DNA of 64,000 nucleotides from Candidatus Omnitrophota bacterium. Lineage in GTDB: Bacteria > Omnitrophota > Gorgyraeia > 2-01-FULL-45-10. The stretch is from NCBI GenBank assembly GCA_043798375.1, contig JAZDOS010000029.1, positions 62,955 to 126,954 on the forward strand, given 5' to 3'. Each line of letters starts with the position of its first letter. Position 1 is the first letter of the stretch. Below the pieces are notes generated by a model. That model did no database searches. It saw only the letters and a list, made by a program, of their open reading frames with translations, and was not told the origin of the DNA. Shown here piece by piece: positions 9,132 through 18,708 of this stretch. The translations under genes were made by a program, and so were the position numbers.

Positions 9132-10282
9132 TGCTGAAACGAAAAGACCTGGAAAAAAAAGAGGAGATCCTGGCGCCTTACGCCCAGAAGTCTAAATTCA
9201 CCAAAGGCCGCTGCCACAAAGAAGAGGAGCATGGCTACAGGTCATGCTACCAGCGCGATAAAGACAGGATCATATATTCGACCGCCTTCCGCCGGCTCGA
9301 ATATAAGACCCAGGTTTTCGTCAACCATGAAGGGGATTACTACCGCACGAGGCTCACCCACACGCTGGAAGTTTCGCAGATAGCGAAGTCGATAGCCAGG
9401 GCTCTCGGGCTCAATGAGGACCTGGTAGAAGCGATAAGCCTCGCTCATGACCTCGGCCATACGCCATTCGGCCATTCGGGCGAGGACGCCCTCCATGAGT
9501 TGATGCGGGAACACGACGGGTTCGATCATAATACGCAAGGCTTAAGGGTCGTCGATTTCCTGGAACAGCGCTATCCCGATTTTCCCGGCTTAAACCTGAC
9601 CTATGAGGTCAGGGAAGGTATAATAAAACATTCGACGCCGTTCGACCGGCCGAGGCCGGCGATCCCGTTCGAGTCAAAAGGCTCACCGCTTCTCGAGATC
9701 CAGGCGGTCGATATTGCCGACGAGATAGCTTACGATAACCACGACCTTGATGACGGGATAACGAGCGGCCTTATCAAAGAGGACGATTTAAGGGAAGTGC
9801 GGCTCTGGTCGGAGAGGGAGAGGGAGATAAGGAAGCTCTATCCGCGCATAAAGGGAGAAGTGAAGAAATACCAGATCATCCGGTCTCTCATCAATTGCCA
9901 GGTCACTAACGTGATCAACAATACCGAAGAGAAACTCAAGAGGCTCAAGATCAAGAATACATCTAGTGTAATAAAGACCCCTGAAAGGATCGTAACGGTT
10001 TCAAAGGATATGCAGCTCTTGAGATCGCCGATGAGGGAATTCCTCACGGAAAACCTATATCAGCATTACAGGGTCGTGCGGATGTCGAATAAGGCTTATC
10101 GGTTCATAACGAGCCTCTTCAACATCTACCTGGATAAGCCGGAGCAGCTGCCGCCGACGACCCTGGGCCGCCTCAAAAAAGAAGAGCCTCATCGCGTCAT
10201 CTGTGATTACATCGCCGGCATGACCGACCGCTACGCGCTCGACGAATACAAGAAGTTCTTCGAACCATATGAGAGGGTGTAG
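9131..10282 (+). CDS. dgt: dGTP triphosphohydrolase-like HD-domain protein
   Basis: YQRDKDRIIYSTAFRRLEYKTQVF..RTRLTHTLEVSQIAKS..HDLGHTPFGHSGE is the Dgt-family signature. Confidence 0.85.
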   Translation: MLKRKDLEKKEEILAPYAQKSKFTKGRCHKEEEHGYRSCYQRDKDRIIYSTAFRRLEYKTQVFVNHEGDYYRTRLTHTLEVSQIAKSIARALGLNEDLVEAISLAHDLGHTPFGHSGEDALHELMREHDGFDHNTQGLRVVDFLEQRYPDFPGLNLTYEVREGIIKHSTPFDRPRPAIPFESKGSPLLEIQAVDIADEIAYDNHDLDDGITSGLIKEDDLREVRLWSEREREIRKLYPRIKGEVKKYQIIRSLINCQVTNVINNTEEKLKRLKIKNTSSVIKTPERIVTVSKDMQLLRSPMREFLTENLYQHYRVVRMSNKAYRFITSLFNIYLDKPEQLPPTTLGRLKKEEPHRVICDYIAGMTDRYALDEYKKFFEPYERV

Positions 10283-10291
10283 AGGACGCTA

Positions 10292-10320
10292 TTGACAGAA
10301 ACGACTATTGGCTTTATAAT
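10292..10320 (+). promoter_or_regulatory. Consensus sigma70 promoter
   Basis: TTGACA, exactly 17 nt, TATAAT. Sits 12 nt upstream of ATG 10332, giving a very short leader. Confidence 0.5.
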
Positions 10321-10331
10321 CATAATAAAGC

Positions 10332-11849
10332 ATGGAAAAGACAAGAAATAATAATATCTACCAGAAGGAACTCTTCGACAGGCTGAAAAAGTCGATAAGC
10401 CTGAGGAAGGAAGAAGAATGTATCGGCTGTATGATACATCCGGCCGCCTGGTGGATAATCGAAAAACCAAATCCGAATATACGGGAACTGGAAAAGGTAA
10501 TCTCCGCAATCTGCCCCTATCACAAGAAACATCCTGCAGGCAAACAGAAGATATGCATCAAAGCGATCTTCGAAGTAATAAAAAGGGCCGCCCAAGCCAA
10601 GGCGCTTGCCGGGTTCGATTGCATTGAAGGCCTACACGGCTTCGCGTATCCTATCGCGCAGGGCGACAGGATCTACGGCTATTTAGGGACGTGTTACAGA
10701 AAAAAGGATATCTCGCCGCAGATGCTGGATGTCTTCTCGGCCTTTACCGATACAATCGTCCGCGAAATTCAGAAAGAGCTTGAGCTGTCCAAGCTGTATG
10801 AAACGATAAGGCCCCGCGCCATAGCCCTGTCGACGGTTCACACCGTCCACAGGCTGATAAGCTCGACCCTTGATCTCGCCGAACTCCTGCCCCGCATAGC
10901 AAGGCTGTCATTGCAGATAATGCGCGCCAACAGATGTTCGATAAAGCTTATGGATTCGAAACGCAGGATCCTTCTGCCGAAGGCGACCGTCGACCTGAGA
11001 ACAAAGAATGTCCGGATGAAGAAGGTCAAGGTCGGTAAATACTCTCCGGGTAAAGCGGTAAAGTATGGAAGGCCTGTAAGGGGCCGCGACTTCCTCGCGG
11101 TTCCGCTGATAGATGAAGACGTCATCGGCGTAATCACTATTTACGACAAGATCGATAAAAAACCGTTCAGCTCGTTCGACCAGGAGATAATGTCCACCAT
11201 GGCGGAACAGGCGGTAATAGCAATCAAGAACGCGCAGCTTTACAAGGAGCAGGAAAAACTGATGATGGGAAGCATCAAGTCACTTGCTAAGGTCCTCGAT
11301 ACCCGCGCTCCGGGCACCTATGTCCCCAGGGCGTCTTTTCTTAAGATAGCCCTCGCGATGGGTACTGAGATGCGGCTGGATACCGAAAGCATAAAGAGCC
11401 TCGAATACGCCGCTATACTCCATGACGCGGGCGAGATAATCGTGCCTTATGAAGTCCTGACCAAGCCTTCGAAATTGACAGGTAAGGAATACGAGAAGAT
11501 AAAAGAGCACCCGATGGCCGGTGTAGAACTCATAAAGCATATGAAGGCCCTAAAAACGGTTAACCCCATAATACTGTATCACCATGAAAACTATGATGGG
11601 TCGGGATATCCCAAAGGGCTTAAGAAGGAGCAGATACCGATCGGCGCCAGAATCATGGCCGTTGTGAGCGCGTTCGAAGCCATGACGACAAAGAGGCCAT
11701 ACCGGTCAATAAAGAATATCGATGAAGCCGTGGAAGAGATTAAGAAGAATTCCGGAACGCAGTTCGACCCCAAGGTCGTGAATGTCTTTCTAAAGGTAAT
11801 TTACAGAAAAGACGTGCGGCAGGCGCTGGAGGGGAAGCTCTATGGATAA
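10332..11849 (+). CDS. GAF domain-containing HD-GYP phosphodiesterase (c-di-GMP)
   Basis: C-terminal HD..ILHDAGEI..HHENYDGSGYP (HD-GYP). Central GAF-like region. N-terminal Cys cluster CIGC..CPYH. Confidence 0.75.
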   Translation: MEKTRNNNIYQKELFDRLKKSISLRKEEECIGCMIHPAAWWIIEKPNPNIRELEKVISAICPYHKKHPAGKQKICIKAIFEVIKRAAQAKALAGFDCIEGLHGFAYPIAQGDRIYGYLGTCYRKKDISPQMLDVFSAFTDTIVREIQKELELSKLYETIRPRAIALSTVHTVHRLISSTLDLAELLPRIARLSLQIMRANRCSIKLMDSKRRILLPKATVDLRTKNVRMKKVKVGKYSPGKAVKYGRPVRGRDFLAVPLIDEDVIGVITIYDKIDKKPFSSFDQEIMSTMAEQAVIAIKNAQLYKEQEKLMMGSIKSLAKVLDTRAPGTYVPRASFLKIALAMGTEMRLDTESIKSLEYAAILHDAGEIIVPYEVLTKPSKLTGKEYEKIKEHPMAGVELIKHMKALKTVNPIILYHHENYDGSGYPKGLKKEQIPIGARIMAVVSAFEAMTTKRPYRSIKNIDEAVEEIKKNSGTQFDPKVVNVFLKVIYRKDVRQALEGKLYG

Positions 11850-12108
11850 GCTGTTTAAGTCCGAGATCCATCTTAAGATAATAAAATTTTTCCATGAAAA
11901 CCAGGCTTCGATCGATACACCGCGGGGAGTAGCGACATGGATCGGTGAGGATAGAACCAAAGCGCAAAATGCCCTCGAGGACCTCGTTAAGGCAAAGATA
12001 CTTATAGCCCACCGCGCCACATCGACGACCGGCTACGGCTATACCAGCGACGAGAAGCTCATATCCAGGATAAAAAAATATCTTAAGAAGAGCGAGCCCG
12101 CCTCTTAA
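11842..12108 (+). CDS. Hypothetical small protein
   Basis: 88 aa. Overlaps the upstream gene by 8 nt (operonic). No family recognised. Confidence 0.4.
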   Translation: MDKLFKSEIHLKIIKFFHENQASIDTPRGVATWIGEDRTKAQNALEDLVKAKILIAHRATSTTGYGYTSDEKLISRIKKYLKKSEPAS

Positions 12109-12205
12109 ACATTCAACCCCTCGGCGCGCTTCGGATTGAAAACAGAAGCTTGCTCGGGGTTGACCCTGAGCGCCGTCGAATGGGTCAAGACCCTTGTAAA
12201 AACAG

Positions 12206-15200
12206 ATGAAAGATTACCTGAAGTTCTACAATGAATTGAACCCCCCTCAGAAAGAGGTCGTTGACCGGACAGAAGGCCCTCTCCTTGTCCTTGCAGGCCC
12301 CGGCACGGGCAAGACGCTTGTCTTATCGGTAAGGGCGGGCTCTATACTGAAGAAGAAGGATATTCGGCCCGACAACATCCTCATACTCACCTATACCAAT
12401 TCCGCCGCCAAGGCGATGAAGGAGAGGCTTTCCGAGGTCATAGGCCTCGAGGGATACGAGGTGGAAGTAGGCACTTTTCATAGTTTCGCGAACTCCATAA
12501 TACAGGAATCCGAAGAGGCGGCCGTATATATCGGGGACAAGGTCCAGATGGACGACGTCGAGAGGATGAGGGTGATCGAATACATTCTCGACAATACCGG
12601 GGGGCTCGACGAAATACGCCCTTTTAGGGCGCCTTACACATACCTTAAAGAGATATTACAGAGGATCGGCGACCTGAAAAAAGATGGACTCTCGCCTCAG
12701 GATTTCGAAAATTATTTAAAGGGCCCGAAGAGCCAATACAGGTCCCTGGAGGATAAATACAAAAACCGCCTTGAGAGGCTCGCGGCCGTATATAAGAGGT
12801 ACGAGGAGCTTAAAGAGGGGAAAAATAAGGATGTCTTCGATGAACGCGGGCGATATGATTTCGACGACATGATCCTGTTCGCCATAGAAGTATTAAGGAA
12901 AGAGGGGGCTGTAAAGAAAGAGTACCGGGACCAATACAGGTACGTGATGGTGGACGAGTTCCAGGACACGAACGGCGCGCAGGCCGAATTACTCTTCGAG
13001 CTTTTGGATTACAAGAATCCCAACCTTCTTTGCGTAGGCGACGACGACCAGTCGATATACCGTTTTCAGGGCGCGAGCGCCGGGAATTTTAAACTTTTCT
13101 CCAAAAAATTTCCCCTGGAAACAATTTACCTTAAACACAACTACCGCTCCGCGAAAGAGCTGATAGACGTCTCTTCCAGGATAATTTGCATGATCCCGGC
13201 AAAAGAGAGGATGCCGGGGAAGACGCTGGAGGCCGCGCGCGACTACCGCGACAAGGAAATAACGTTCAGGGAATTTACGACCGAGGAAGAGGAGCTTATC
13301 TATATCGTCGACAAGGTTAAAGAGCTGAAGGATACGATTGCGCAAGACTTAACCCTGGCCGAAGAGGAGCGTAAACATCCTTACAACAATATTGCCGTAT
13401 TGGTAAGAAAAAGAAACGACATCCTGAAGATAATCGACGCCTTTTTGCAGGCGGGGATCCCGTACGCTACCGACGGCAAAGAAGATATCAGCGGCGAGAA
13501 ACGGGTGAAACAGCTTCTCGACGTCCTGGATCTCGCGCACATAGACCCCGCCGAACACGAGGCGAAGGATCTGGCGCTCTACAAGGTCCTCGCGGCCGAT
13601 TATCTCGAAATACCGCACGTCGACGTTTTGAGGTTCTTAAGCTATGCCAATACTGCCAGGAAGAACGGCGGCCGCTCGACTGTGCTGGAGGAGTTCTTAA
13701 GCTATTTCCAAAAGGCAAAATCGGAAATTAAATTTGAGGCGCCCGAAAAGATGCGGCGCGCCGCGTCTATGATAGGGGGGCTTCTCCAGGACGCAAGGAC
13801 GAGGAGCGTTCATTCTATATTGATGGAATTTATAAAGGACGCGGGCGTATTCAAATTCATAATCAAGTCCTATGACAAAAACGAGATCCTTAAGATAAGG
13901 GAACTCCGCTCACTCACCTCATTTGTAAATATGGTCAAGGCAGGCGATATGGCAAAACCCGGTATGCGCCTTGACGATTTTTCACTCGACCTTAAGACGC
14001 GTAAAGACCACGGCCTTCCGATACAGGGCTCCTTAGTCACTATGACGCAGGAGGGCGTCAGGATCTACACGGCCCACGGCTCCAAGGGCCTCGAATTCCA
14101 AACAGTGCTGATCCCTTTCTGCCTTCACAACAAGAACTGGCCGGCGCGGCCGATTCCAGACAAGATCCGGCTGCCATTCGACCTTTTCAAAACGAGGCAG
14201 GATCACCAGGAGAAAGAGGCGCTAAAAGAGCTTGCCCTCCACGATGAGACGAGGCTTTTCTATGTCGCGGCAACGAGGGCCAAGTCGAACCTCATATTCA
14301 CCTCAAGCCCTACGGAGGGCTCCGTCTCAAGCCTGTACCTGAACGAACTCGACATCCACAAGGATTCGCCGGAATACGCGAGCGAGGAAGAGCTGATTTC
14401 GAAATCGATCGAACTAACAGACTTAAACGATCCGTTTATAGGGACAGAGGAGGTTCTGAAAGATATGGTGGACTCTCTTACCCTGAATCCGACAAGGCTC
14501 AATACCTACATCACATGCAGAAGAAAATTTCTGTATAACGACGCCCTGAAATTGCCTGGCGCTAAAAAGAAGAGCCTCGTATTCGGTAACTCGGTGCATA
14601 AAGCTCTCGAAGAAACGTATAGAGAGTTTATGAAGACGAAAAAATTCCCGATTTTCAAGTTCTTCAAAAACTCTTTTGCGAAAGAGTTGAGGTTTCAGGG
14701 CCCGGACAGGGCAATAGAGAGAGATTGCCTTAACAAGGCCGAGACGCTTAAAGACTGGTTCCGGATGCTTGCCGCGAATCCGGTCATGCCCATAGGCCTT
14801 GAGAGGAAACTGGTCATAACGGTCGGCGATAACATCATCTTCACCGGCAAATACGACAAGGTTGAGTGGGAAAACGAGAAGAAGGGCCTTGTGAGGATAG
14901 TTGATTACAAAACGGGAAAACCCGACGATCACCTGAAGGATATCGACAGAGTGCCCGATATACAAAATCCCGATTGCGACGGATATTTAAGGCAGCTCGT
15001 CTGTTATAAGCTTTTATTCGAAAAAGACAGGAAGGAATCGAAGGCGAGGCGTGTAAGTCAGGGCGTTCTTGTCTTCACCGAACCCGTCAATGCGGATATC
15101 AGAAAACTGGGCTACAAGAAAGGCCAGTATGTAATGAAGTCCGTAAAGATAGAGGATGAGATGGTGGCGGCCCTGGAAGAGCTGATTAAAGAAGTTTGGG

Positions 15201-15292
15201 CGGATATAAAAGCGTTAAGGTTTGAGAAATTACCCGAAAGGGACGTAGTTTTATGCGGAAGATGCGACTTCAACACATTCTGCTGGGAATAA
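12206..15292 (+). CDS. UvrD-family SF1 helicase fused to a C-terminal Cas4/AddB-like PD-(D/E)xK Fe-S nuclease domain
   Basis: N-terminal PQKEVVDRTEGPLLVLAGPGTGKT (Walker A). C-terminal IVDYKTGKPDD and YLRQLVCYKLL (RecB-nuclease motifs II/III). Cys tetrad C..CGRCDFNTFC. Confidence 0.75.
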   Translation: MKDYLKFYNELNPPQKEVVDRTEGPLLVLAGPGTGKTLVLSVRAGSILKKKDIRPDNILILTYTNSAAKAMKERLSEVIGLEGYEVEVGTFHSFANSIIQESEEAAVYIGDKVQMDDVERMRVIEYILDNTGGLDEIRPFRAPYTYLKEILQRIGDLKKDGLSPQDFENYLKGPKSQYRSLEDKYKNRLERLAAVYKRYEELKEGKNKDVFDERGRYDFDDMILFAIEVLRKEGAVKKEYRDQYRYVMVDEFQDTNGAQAELLFELLDYKNPNLLCVGDDDQSIYRFQGASAGNFKLFSKKFPLETIYLKHNYRSAKELIDVSSRIICMIPAKERMPGKTLEAARDYRDKEITFREFTTEEEELIYIVDKVKELKDTIAQDLTLAEEERKHPYNNIAVLVRKRNDILKIIDAFLQAGIPYATDGKEDISGEKRVKQLLDVLDLAHIDPAEHEAKDLALYKVLAADYLEIPHVDVLRFLSYANTARKNGGRSTVLEEFLSYFQKAKSEIKFEAPEKMRRAASMIGGLLQDARTRSVHSILMEFIKDAGVFKFIIKSYDKNEILKIRELRSLTSFVNMVKAGDMAKPGMRLDDFSLDLKTRKDHGLPIQGSLVTMTQEGVRIYTAHGSKGLEFQTVLIPFCLHNKNWPARPIPDKIRLPFDLFKTRQDHQEKEALKELALHDETRLFYVAATRAKSNLIFTSSPTEGSVSSLYLNELDIHKDSPEYASEEELISKSIELTDLNDPFIGTEEVLKDMVDSLTLNPTRLNTYITCRRKFLYNDALKLPGAKKKSLVFGNSVHKALEETYREFMKTKKFPIFKFFKNSFAKELRFQGPDRAIERDCLNKAETLKDWFRMLAANPVMPIGLERKLVITVGDNIIFTGKYDKVEWENEKKGLVRIVDYKTGKPDDHLKDIDRVPDIQNPDCDGYLRQLVCYKLLFEKDRKESKARRVSQGVLVFTEPVNADIRKLGYKKGQYVMKSVKIEDEMVAALEELIKEVWADIKALRFEKLPERDVVLCGRCDFNTFCWE

Positions 15293-15936
15293 TCGCGCTT
15301 ATAGCGATCGCAGGCTTAATCTACATATCTTTCGGCCACGTAGCGGTATATCTATTCGCAAGGGCCAACAACCTCGATATTTCATACGCAAGCCTCGCCA
15401 GGCCCGGGGCGAATTTCGCATTTAAGGATTTCAGGGTTGTGAACAAGGCTTCGGGCCTCGGAATATCCGCCCAAGCGGCCGCGATCAGGCCAAAGCTTAA
15501 AGGCTATGAGTTCAATTTTACGGATGTCCGTTTCCTGCAAAAACACGGCGATGAACTATCCTCATATGAAAATTTGGCCGGGCTTGTGGCGGTCCCGTTC
15601 AAAGGAAGCTGGGTATACAAAGAGATAGCGGGAGAGGCGGCGCCGTCCCGCGACACCCTGGAGGTAAAAAAGCTCGACGCCGTAAGCGATGAGATAAAAT
15701 TACATATCACCGGAAAATTCAACGCCGACAATACCGTGGATACCGATATAAAAATATATTTTGGCCCCGGTATAACAAAGAAGATACCGGAAGAGCTGTC
15801 GAAAGTCATTTTAACAGATGAGGAGGGCAGATGGAAAAGCCTTGCCGTCCATCTATCCGGCAATTACGCCGCGCCCTCCATCCAGGTCTCCGGCAAACTC
15901 TTCCGTCTCAACATCAAATCCATATCAGAAAAATAG
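15253..15936 (+). CDS. Hypothetical membrane-anchored or secreted protein
   Basis: 227 aa with N-terminal TM/signal segment ILLGIIALIAIAGLIYI. Overlaps the helicase 3' end by 40 nt. Confidence 0.45.
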   Translation: MRKMRLQHILLGIIALIAIAGLIYISFGHVAVYLFARANNLDISYASLARPGANFAFKDFRVVNKASGLGISAQAAAIRPKLKGYEFNFTDVRFLQKHGDELSSYENLAGLVAVPFKGSWVYKEIAGEAAPSRDTLEVKKLDAVSDEIKLHITGKFNADNTVDTDIKIYFGPGITKKIPEELSKVILTDEEGRWKSLAVHLSGNYAAPSIQVSGKLFRLNIKSISEK

Positions 15937-15954
15937 TAGTTAAATAAATTTTTC

Positions 15955-16161
15955 GGGTCCTGCCGAAGGAATCTCCGCGAGGGATTGTGCTCAAGCGGGA
16001 CGTTAAAATCGCGAGCGGGCACGGTTTTTTGGCCCTTACCAATACAACCTGCGAGGTTAAACGGTATAAAACTACCGGCAAACCTCGCAGGTTGTATTGG
16101 TGATGCCAAAAAGGGCGAGCAATTTTACCTGGAAAGAAAAGCCGAGGGAGCGGCAGGACCC
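15955..16161. repeat. Nested inverted-repeat element, copy A
   Basis: Shares the core GGGATTGTGCTCAAGCGGGACGTTAAAATCGCGAGCGGGCA..CCAATACAACCTGCGAGGTT-[22 nt]-AACCTCGCAGGTTGTATTGG with 26690-26970. Flanked by GGGTCCTGCCG at 15955-15965 and CGGCAGGACCC at 16151-16161. Confidence 0.6.
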
Positions 16162-16249
16162 GAAAAATTTAATGTGAGTCAATTCGTGATCTTGGAACAA
16201 TAGCACAAAATTGATTTTTGAATCGGCGTATGGTATAATGCCCGATATT

Positions 16250-16756
16250 ATGGAAGAGGAGAAAGGCCAGAAAGAATTATTCGAGTTCGAGAAGCCCAAA
16301 AGGTCGTTCCCGAAGCTCTCAAGCTTTCTTCCGAAGGCTGACTTTGAAAGAAATATCCTTATAACCCTAACGCTTGAGAAGATCATATTCATTTCCATAG
16401 GGTTAATTCTGGCCATGGTCGTCGTTTACGCGCTCGGAGTCGAAGTCGGCAAGGCGAAGACGGCTGTCCAAAAGGCAAGAGGGGCCGGCCAAATCGTTCA
16501 GCAGGCAAGCGTGAATAAAGCGGCGCCTATCACACAGCCGCCGGCGCCTTATATTATCATTGCCGGCGCTTACTCGCGTAAGGAGAACGCCTTATCAGTT
16601 ATGGCGCGTTTAAGGCAGGCGGGTTTTGACGCATATATAGGCAAAAGCGCTCCGCTATTTCAGGTATGGATAGGGGCCAAAACAAGCGCTGACGCGCAAA
16701 GAGAGCTGGCCAGAGTAAAAAAACTATGCAAGGACGCGTATTTAAAAACACGGTAG
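16250..16756 (+). CDS. SPOR-domain protein with one TM helix (peptidoglycan-binding)
   Basis: C-terminal YIIIAGAYSRKENALSVMARLRQAGFDAYIGKS..LFQVWIG is a SPOR domain. TTGATT-17-TATAAT (16211-16239) overlaps the upstream in-frame ATG (16238) and the TTG ORF-track start. ATG 16250 is therefore chosen. Confidence 0.6.
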   Translation: MEEEKGQKELFEFEKPKRSFPKLSSFLPKADFERNILITLTLEKIIFISIGLILAMVVVYALGVEVGKAKTAVQKARGAGQIVQQASVNKAAPITQPPAPYIIIAGAYSRKENALSVMARLRQAGFDAYIGKSAPLFQVWIGAKTSADAQRELARVKKLCKDAYLKTR

Positions 16757-16782
16757 ATGTTTAAACTAAAGGGGGTATTAAG

Positions 16783-17136
16783 ATGTCTCAGCATCCCAGT
16801 CTAAGTTCATCGGATAAGGATAAACAGCATAGATCCGTATTGAAAAGGTATGAAAAGGTTAAGATCTTAAAAGACAAGGAAAAGTGGAAAGACGGCGATT
16901 CCGTATACGGACTACCCAAGGTAAAGATCGTAAGATTCAAGATCAAAAAAGAGAAGGCGGCCGCAGCCGAAGGCGCTGAAAGCCTTGAAGGCGCAGCACC
17001 GGGTACAGAAGCTGCACCGACTCAAGCAGGCGCAGCGAAAACCGCCGGCCCCGCAAAGGGACAGGCCCCGGCAAAGGGAGCCGCGTCGAAGGAAGGCGCT
17101 AAACCCGCCGGTGAAGGAAAGAAAGAAGCGAAATAG
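16783..17136 (+). CDS. Small basic protein (Sbp-like) with Ala/Gly/Lys-rich low-complexity tail
   Basis: MSQHPSLSSS..RSVLKRYEKVKILKDKEKWKDGDSVYGLPKVKIV resembles the small-basic-protein family. The tail is A/G/K/P-rich. Confidence 0.5.
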   Translation: MSQHPSLSSSDKDKQHRSVLKRYEKVKILKDKEKWKDGDSVYGLPKVKIVRFKIKKEKAAAAEGAESLEGAAPGTEAAPTQAGAAKTAGPAKGQAPAKGAASKEGAKPAGEGKKEAK

Positions 17137-18234
17137 TTGAAAACGATCCATGTCCGTCTTAAAGAACGCTCTTACGATATAGTCGTAGGGCTTGATTTAT
17201 TGTCGAAGACAGGCGCTTTATTGCGAAAACTCAAGATAGGTAAAGACGCCGTCGTAATTACGAATAAACCGCTTATGGGCCTCTATAAACGGGACCTGGA
17301 AAGATCCCTCCATAAAAACGGGTTCACCGTCCGATTCGAACTCGTGCCTGATTCCGAAAAGGCGAAATCCTCTAACGTCGCGTTGAAACTGGCCTCCAGG
17401 ATAGCCGCCTACGACAAAAAAAGATCGGTATTTATTATCGCTTTCGGCGGCGGCGTCATCGGAGACCTGGCGGGATTCGTCGCGGCGATATACAAGAGAG
17501 GCGTGCCGTATGTCCAGATCCCTACCACGCTTTTAGCGCAGGTCGATTCCGCGATAGGCGGCAAGACTGCCATAGACCTCAATATAGCGAAGAACCTTGT
17601 CGGCGCCTTTTATCAGCCTCGTATGGTAATATCGGACATATCGCTCTTGGAGACGCTGCCCGCCCGGCAGATAAGAAACGGCCTTGCGGAGGTGATAAAA
17701 TACGGCGTGATCAAAGACAGGCGGCTGTTCGCTTTCCTGGAAAAAAAGTATTCCGACATTTTGAAGTATGACAGGGGCAGCCTGGAGTATGCTGTTTTGA
17801 GATCGAGCCGCATCAAGGCGAAGGTCGTCGAACGCGACGAGCTTGATAGAACCGGATTGAGGGTTATATTGAACTATGGCCATACGGTGGGACACGCTAT
17901 CGAGAGCGCATCCTCATACTCGTCCAGATATAACCACGGCGAGTCAGTGGCGATCGGTATGGCTGTGGCCTGCGACATCGCGTTAAAACTTAAATTGACG
18001 AACCCCGCGGTTTCGGAAAGGATCAAGGCGCTAATCAAAAAAATCGGCCTTCCCGCGAAAATCACGGGCCTTAGCCTCTCGAAGATACGCGGATCTTTAG
18101 CGCATGATAAGAAGTTTATGCGGGGGAAAAACAGGTTTGTTCTGCCCGTCTCGGTCGGAGAGGTAAGGGTCTTCGACGGAGTGCCTGACAAAATAATAAC
18201 CGAAGCCATTAAAAAGAATTTGAAAAACGGCTGA
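17137..18234 (+). CDS. aroB: 3-dehydroquinate synthase
   Basis: FGGGVIGDLAGFVAA..VPYVQIPTTLLAQVDSAIGGKTAIDL..NYGHTVGHAIE. The TTG start is taken from the ORF track. Confidence 0.85.
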   Translation: MKTIHVRLKERSYDIVVGLDLLSKTGALLRKLKIGKDAVVITNKPLMGLYKRDLERSLHKNGFTVRFELVPDSEKAKSSNVALKLASRIAAYDKKRSVFIIAFGGGVIGDLAGFVAAIYKRGVPYVQIPTTLLAQVDSAIGGKTAIDLNIAKNLVGAFYQPRMVISDISLLETLPARQIRNGLAEVIKYGVIKDRRLFAFLEKKYSDILKYDRGSLEYAVLRSSRIKAKVVERDELDRTGLRVILNYGHTVGHAIESASSYSSRYNHGESVAIGMAVACDIALKLKLTNPAVSERIKALIKKIGLPAKITGLSLSKIRGSLAHDKKFMRGKNRFVLPVSVGEVRVFDGVPDKIITEAIKKNLKNG

Positions 18235-18246
18235 ATAGGAGAAAAA

Positions 18247-18708
18247 ATGCGCCACTCTTTACGTAACTTCAGGAATGAGGACGCCTTTGGCGTAAAAGAT
18301 CTGATACTTGGAATTCTCGCGAAAGAGTATCCTTTCGACAAGAGCGCATACTCTGACAGCGACCTTGATAAGATCGTCGAGACCTACGGCGGCGTCAGGG
18401 ATTCCTTCTTCGTTATCGAAGAAGGCGGTGAGGTCGTAGGAACGGTCGGGGTGAAAGAGGAGTCGAGGGACGAGGCGCTGTTAAGGAGGCTCTTCGTGGA
18501 CTTGAAGCACAGGAAGCACGGTTACGGCACCGAGCTTCTCGATAAAGCCGTCGCTTTCTGCGGGGAAATGGGCTATAAAAAAATATACTTCAGGTGCACG
18601 GACAGGATGTCCGACGCGATGAAGCTCTGTCTTAAAAAAGGCTTCAAAGAAACGGAGAAGCTCGAAGTAAGCGGCTTCAAAATACATAAACTCGAGTTGG
18701 GGCTTTGA
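18247..18708 (+). CDS. GNAT-family N-acetyltransferase
   Basis: LRRLFVDLKHRKHGYGTELLDKAV is the acetyl-CoA-binding motif A (R/Q-x-x-G-x-G/A). Confidence 0.75.
   Translation: MRHSLRNFRNEDAFGVKDLILGILAKEYPFDKSAYSDSDLDKIVETYGGVRDSFFVIEEGGEVVGTVGVKEESRDEALLRRLFVDLKHRKHGYGTELLDKAVAFCGEMGYKKIYFRCTDRMSDAMKLCLKKGFKETEKLEVSGFKIHKLELGL

Noticed and set aside
15985-16203. ORFs beginning MCSSGTLKSRAG.. (15985-16203 and 26774-26989) and ORF 26611-27048
   Set aside because: They are translations of the two copies of the nested inverted-repeat element. The shared N-terminus merely reflects the shared DNA repeat. There is no RBS or protein-family support.
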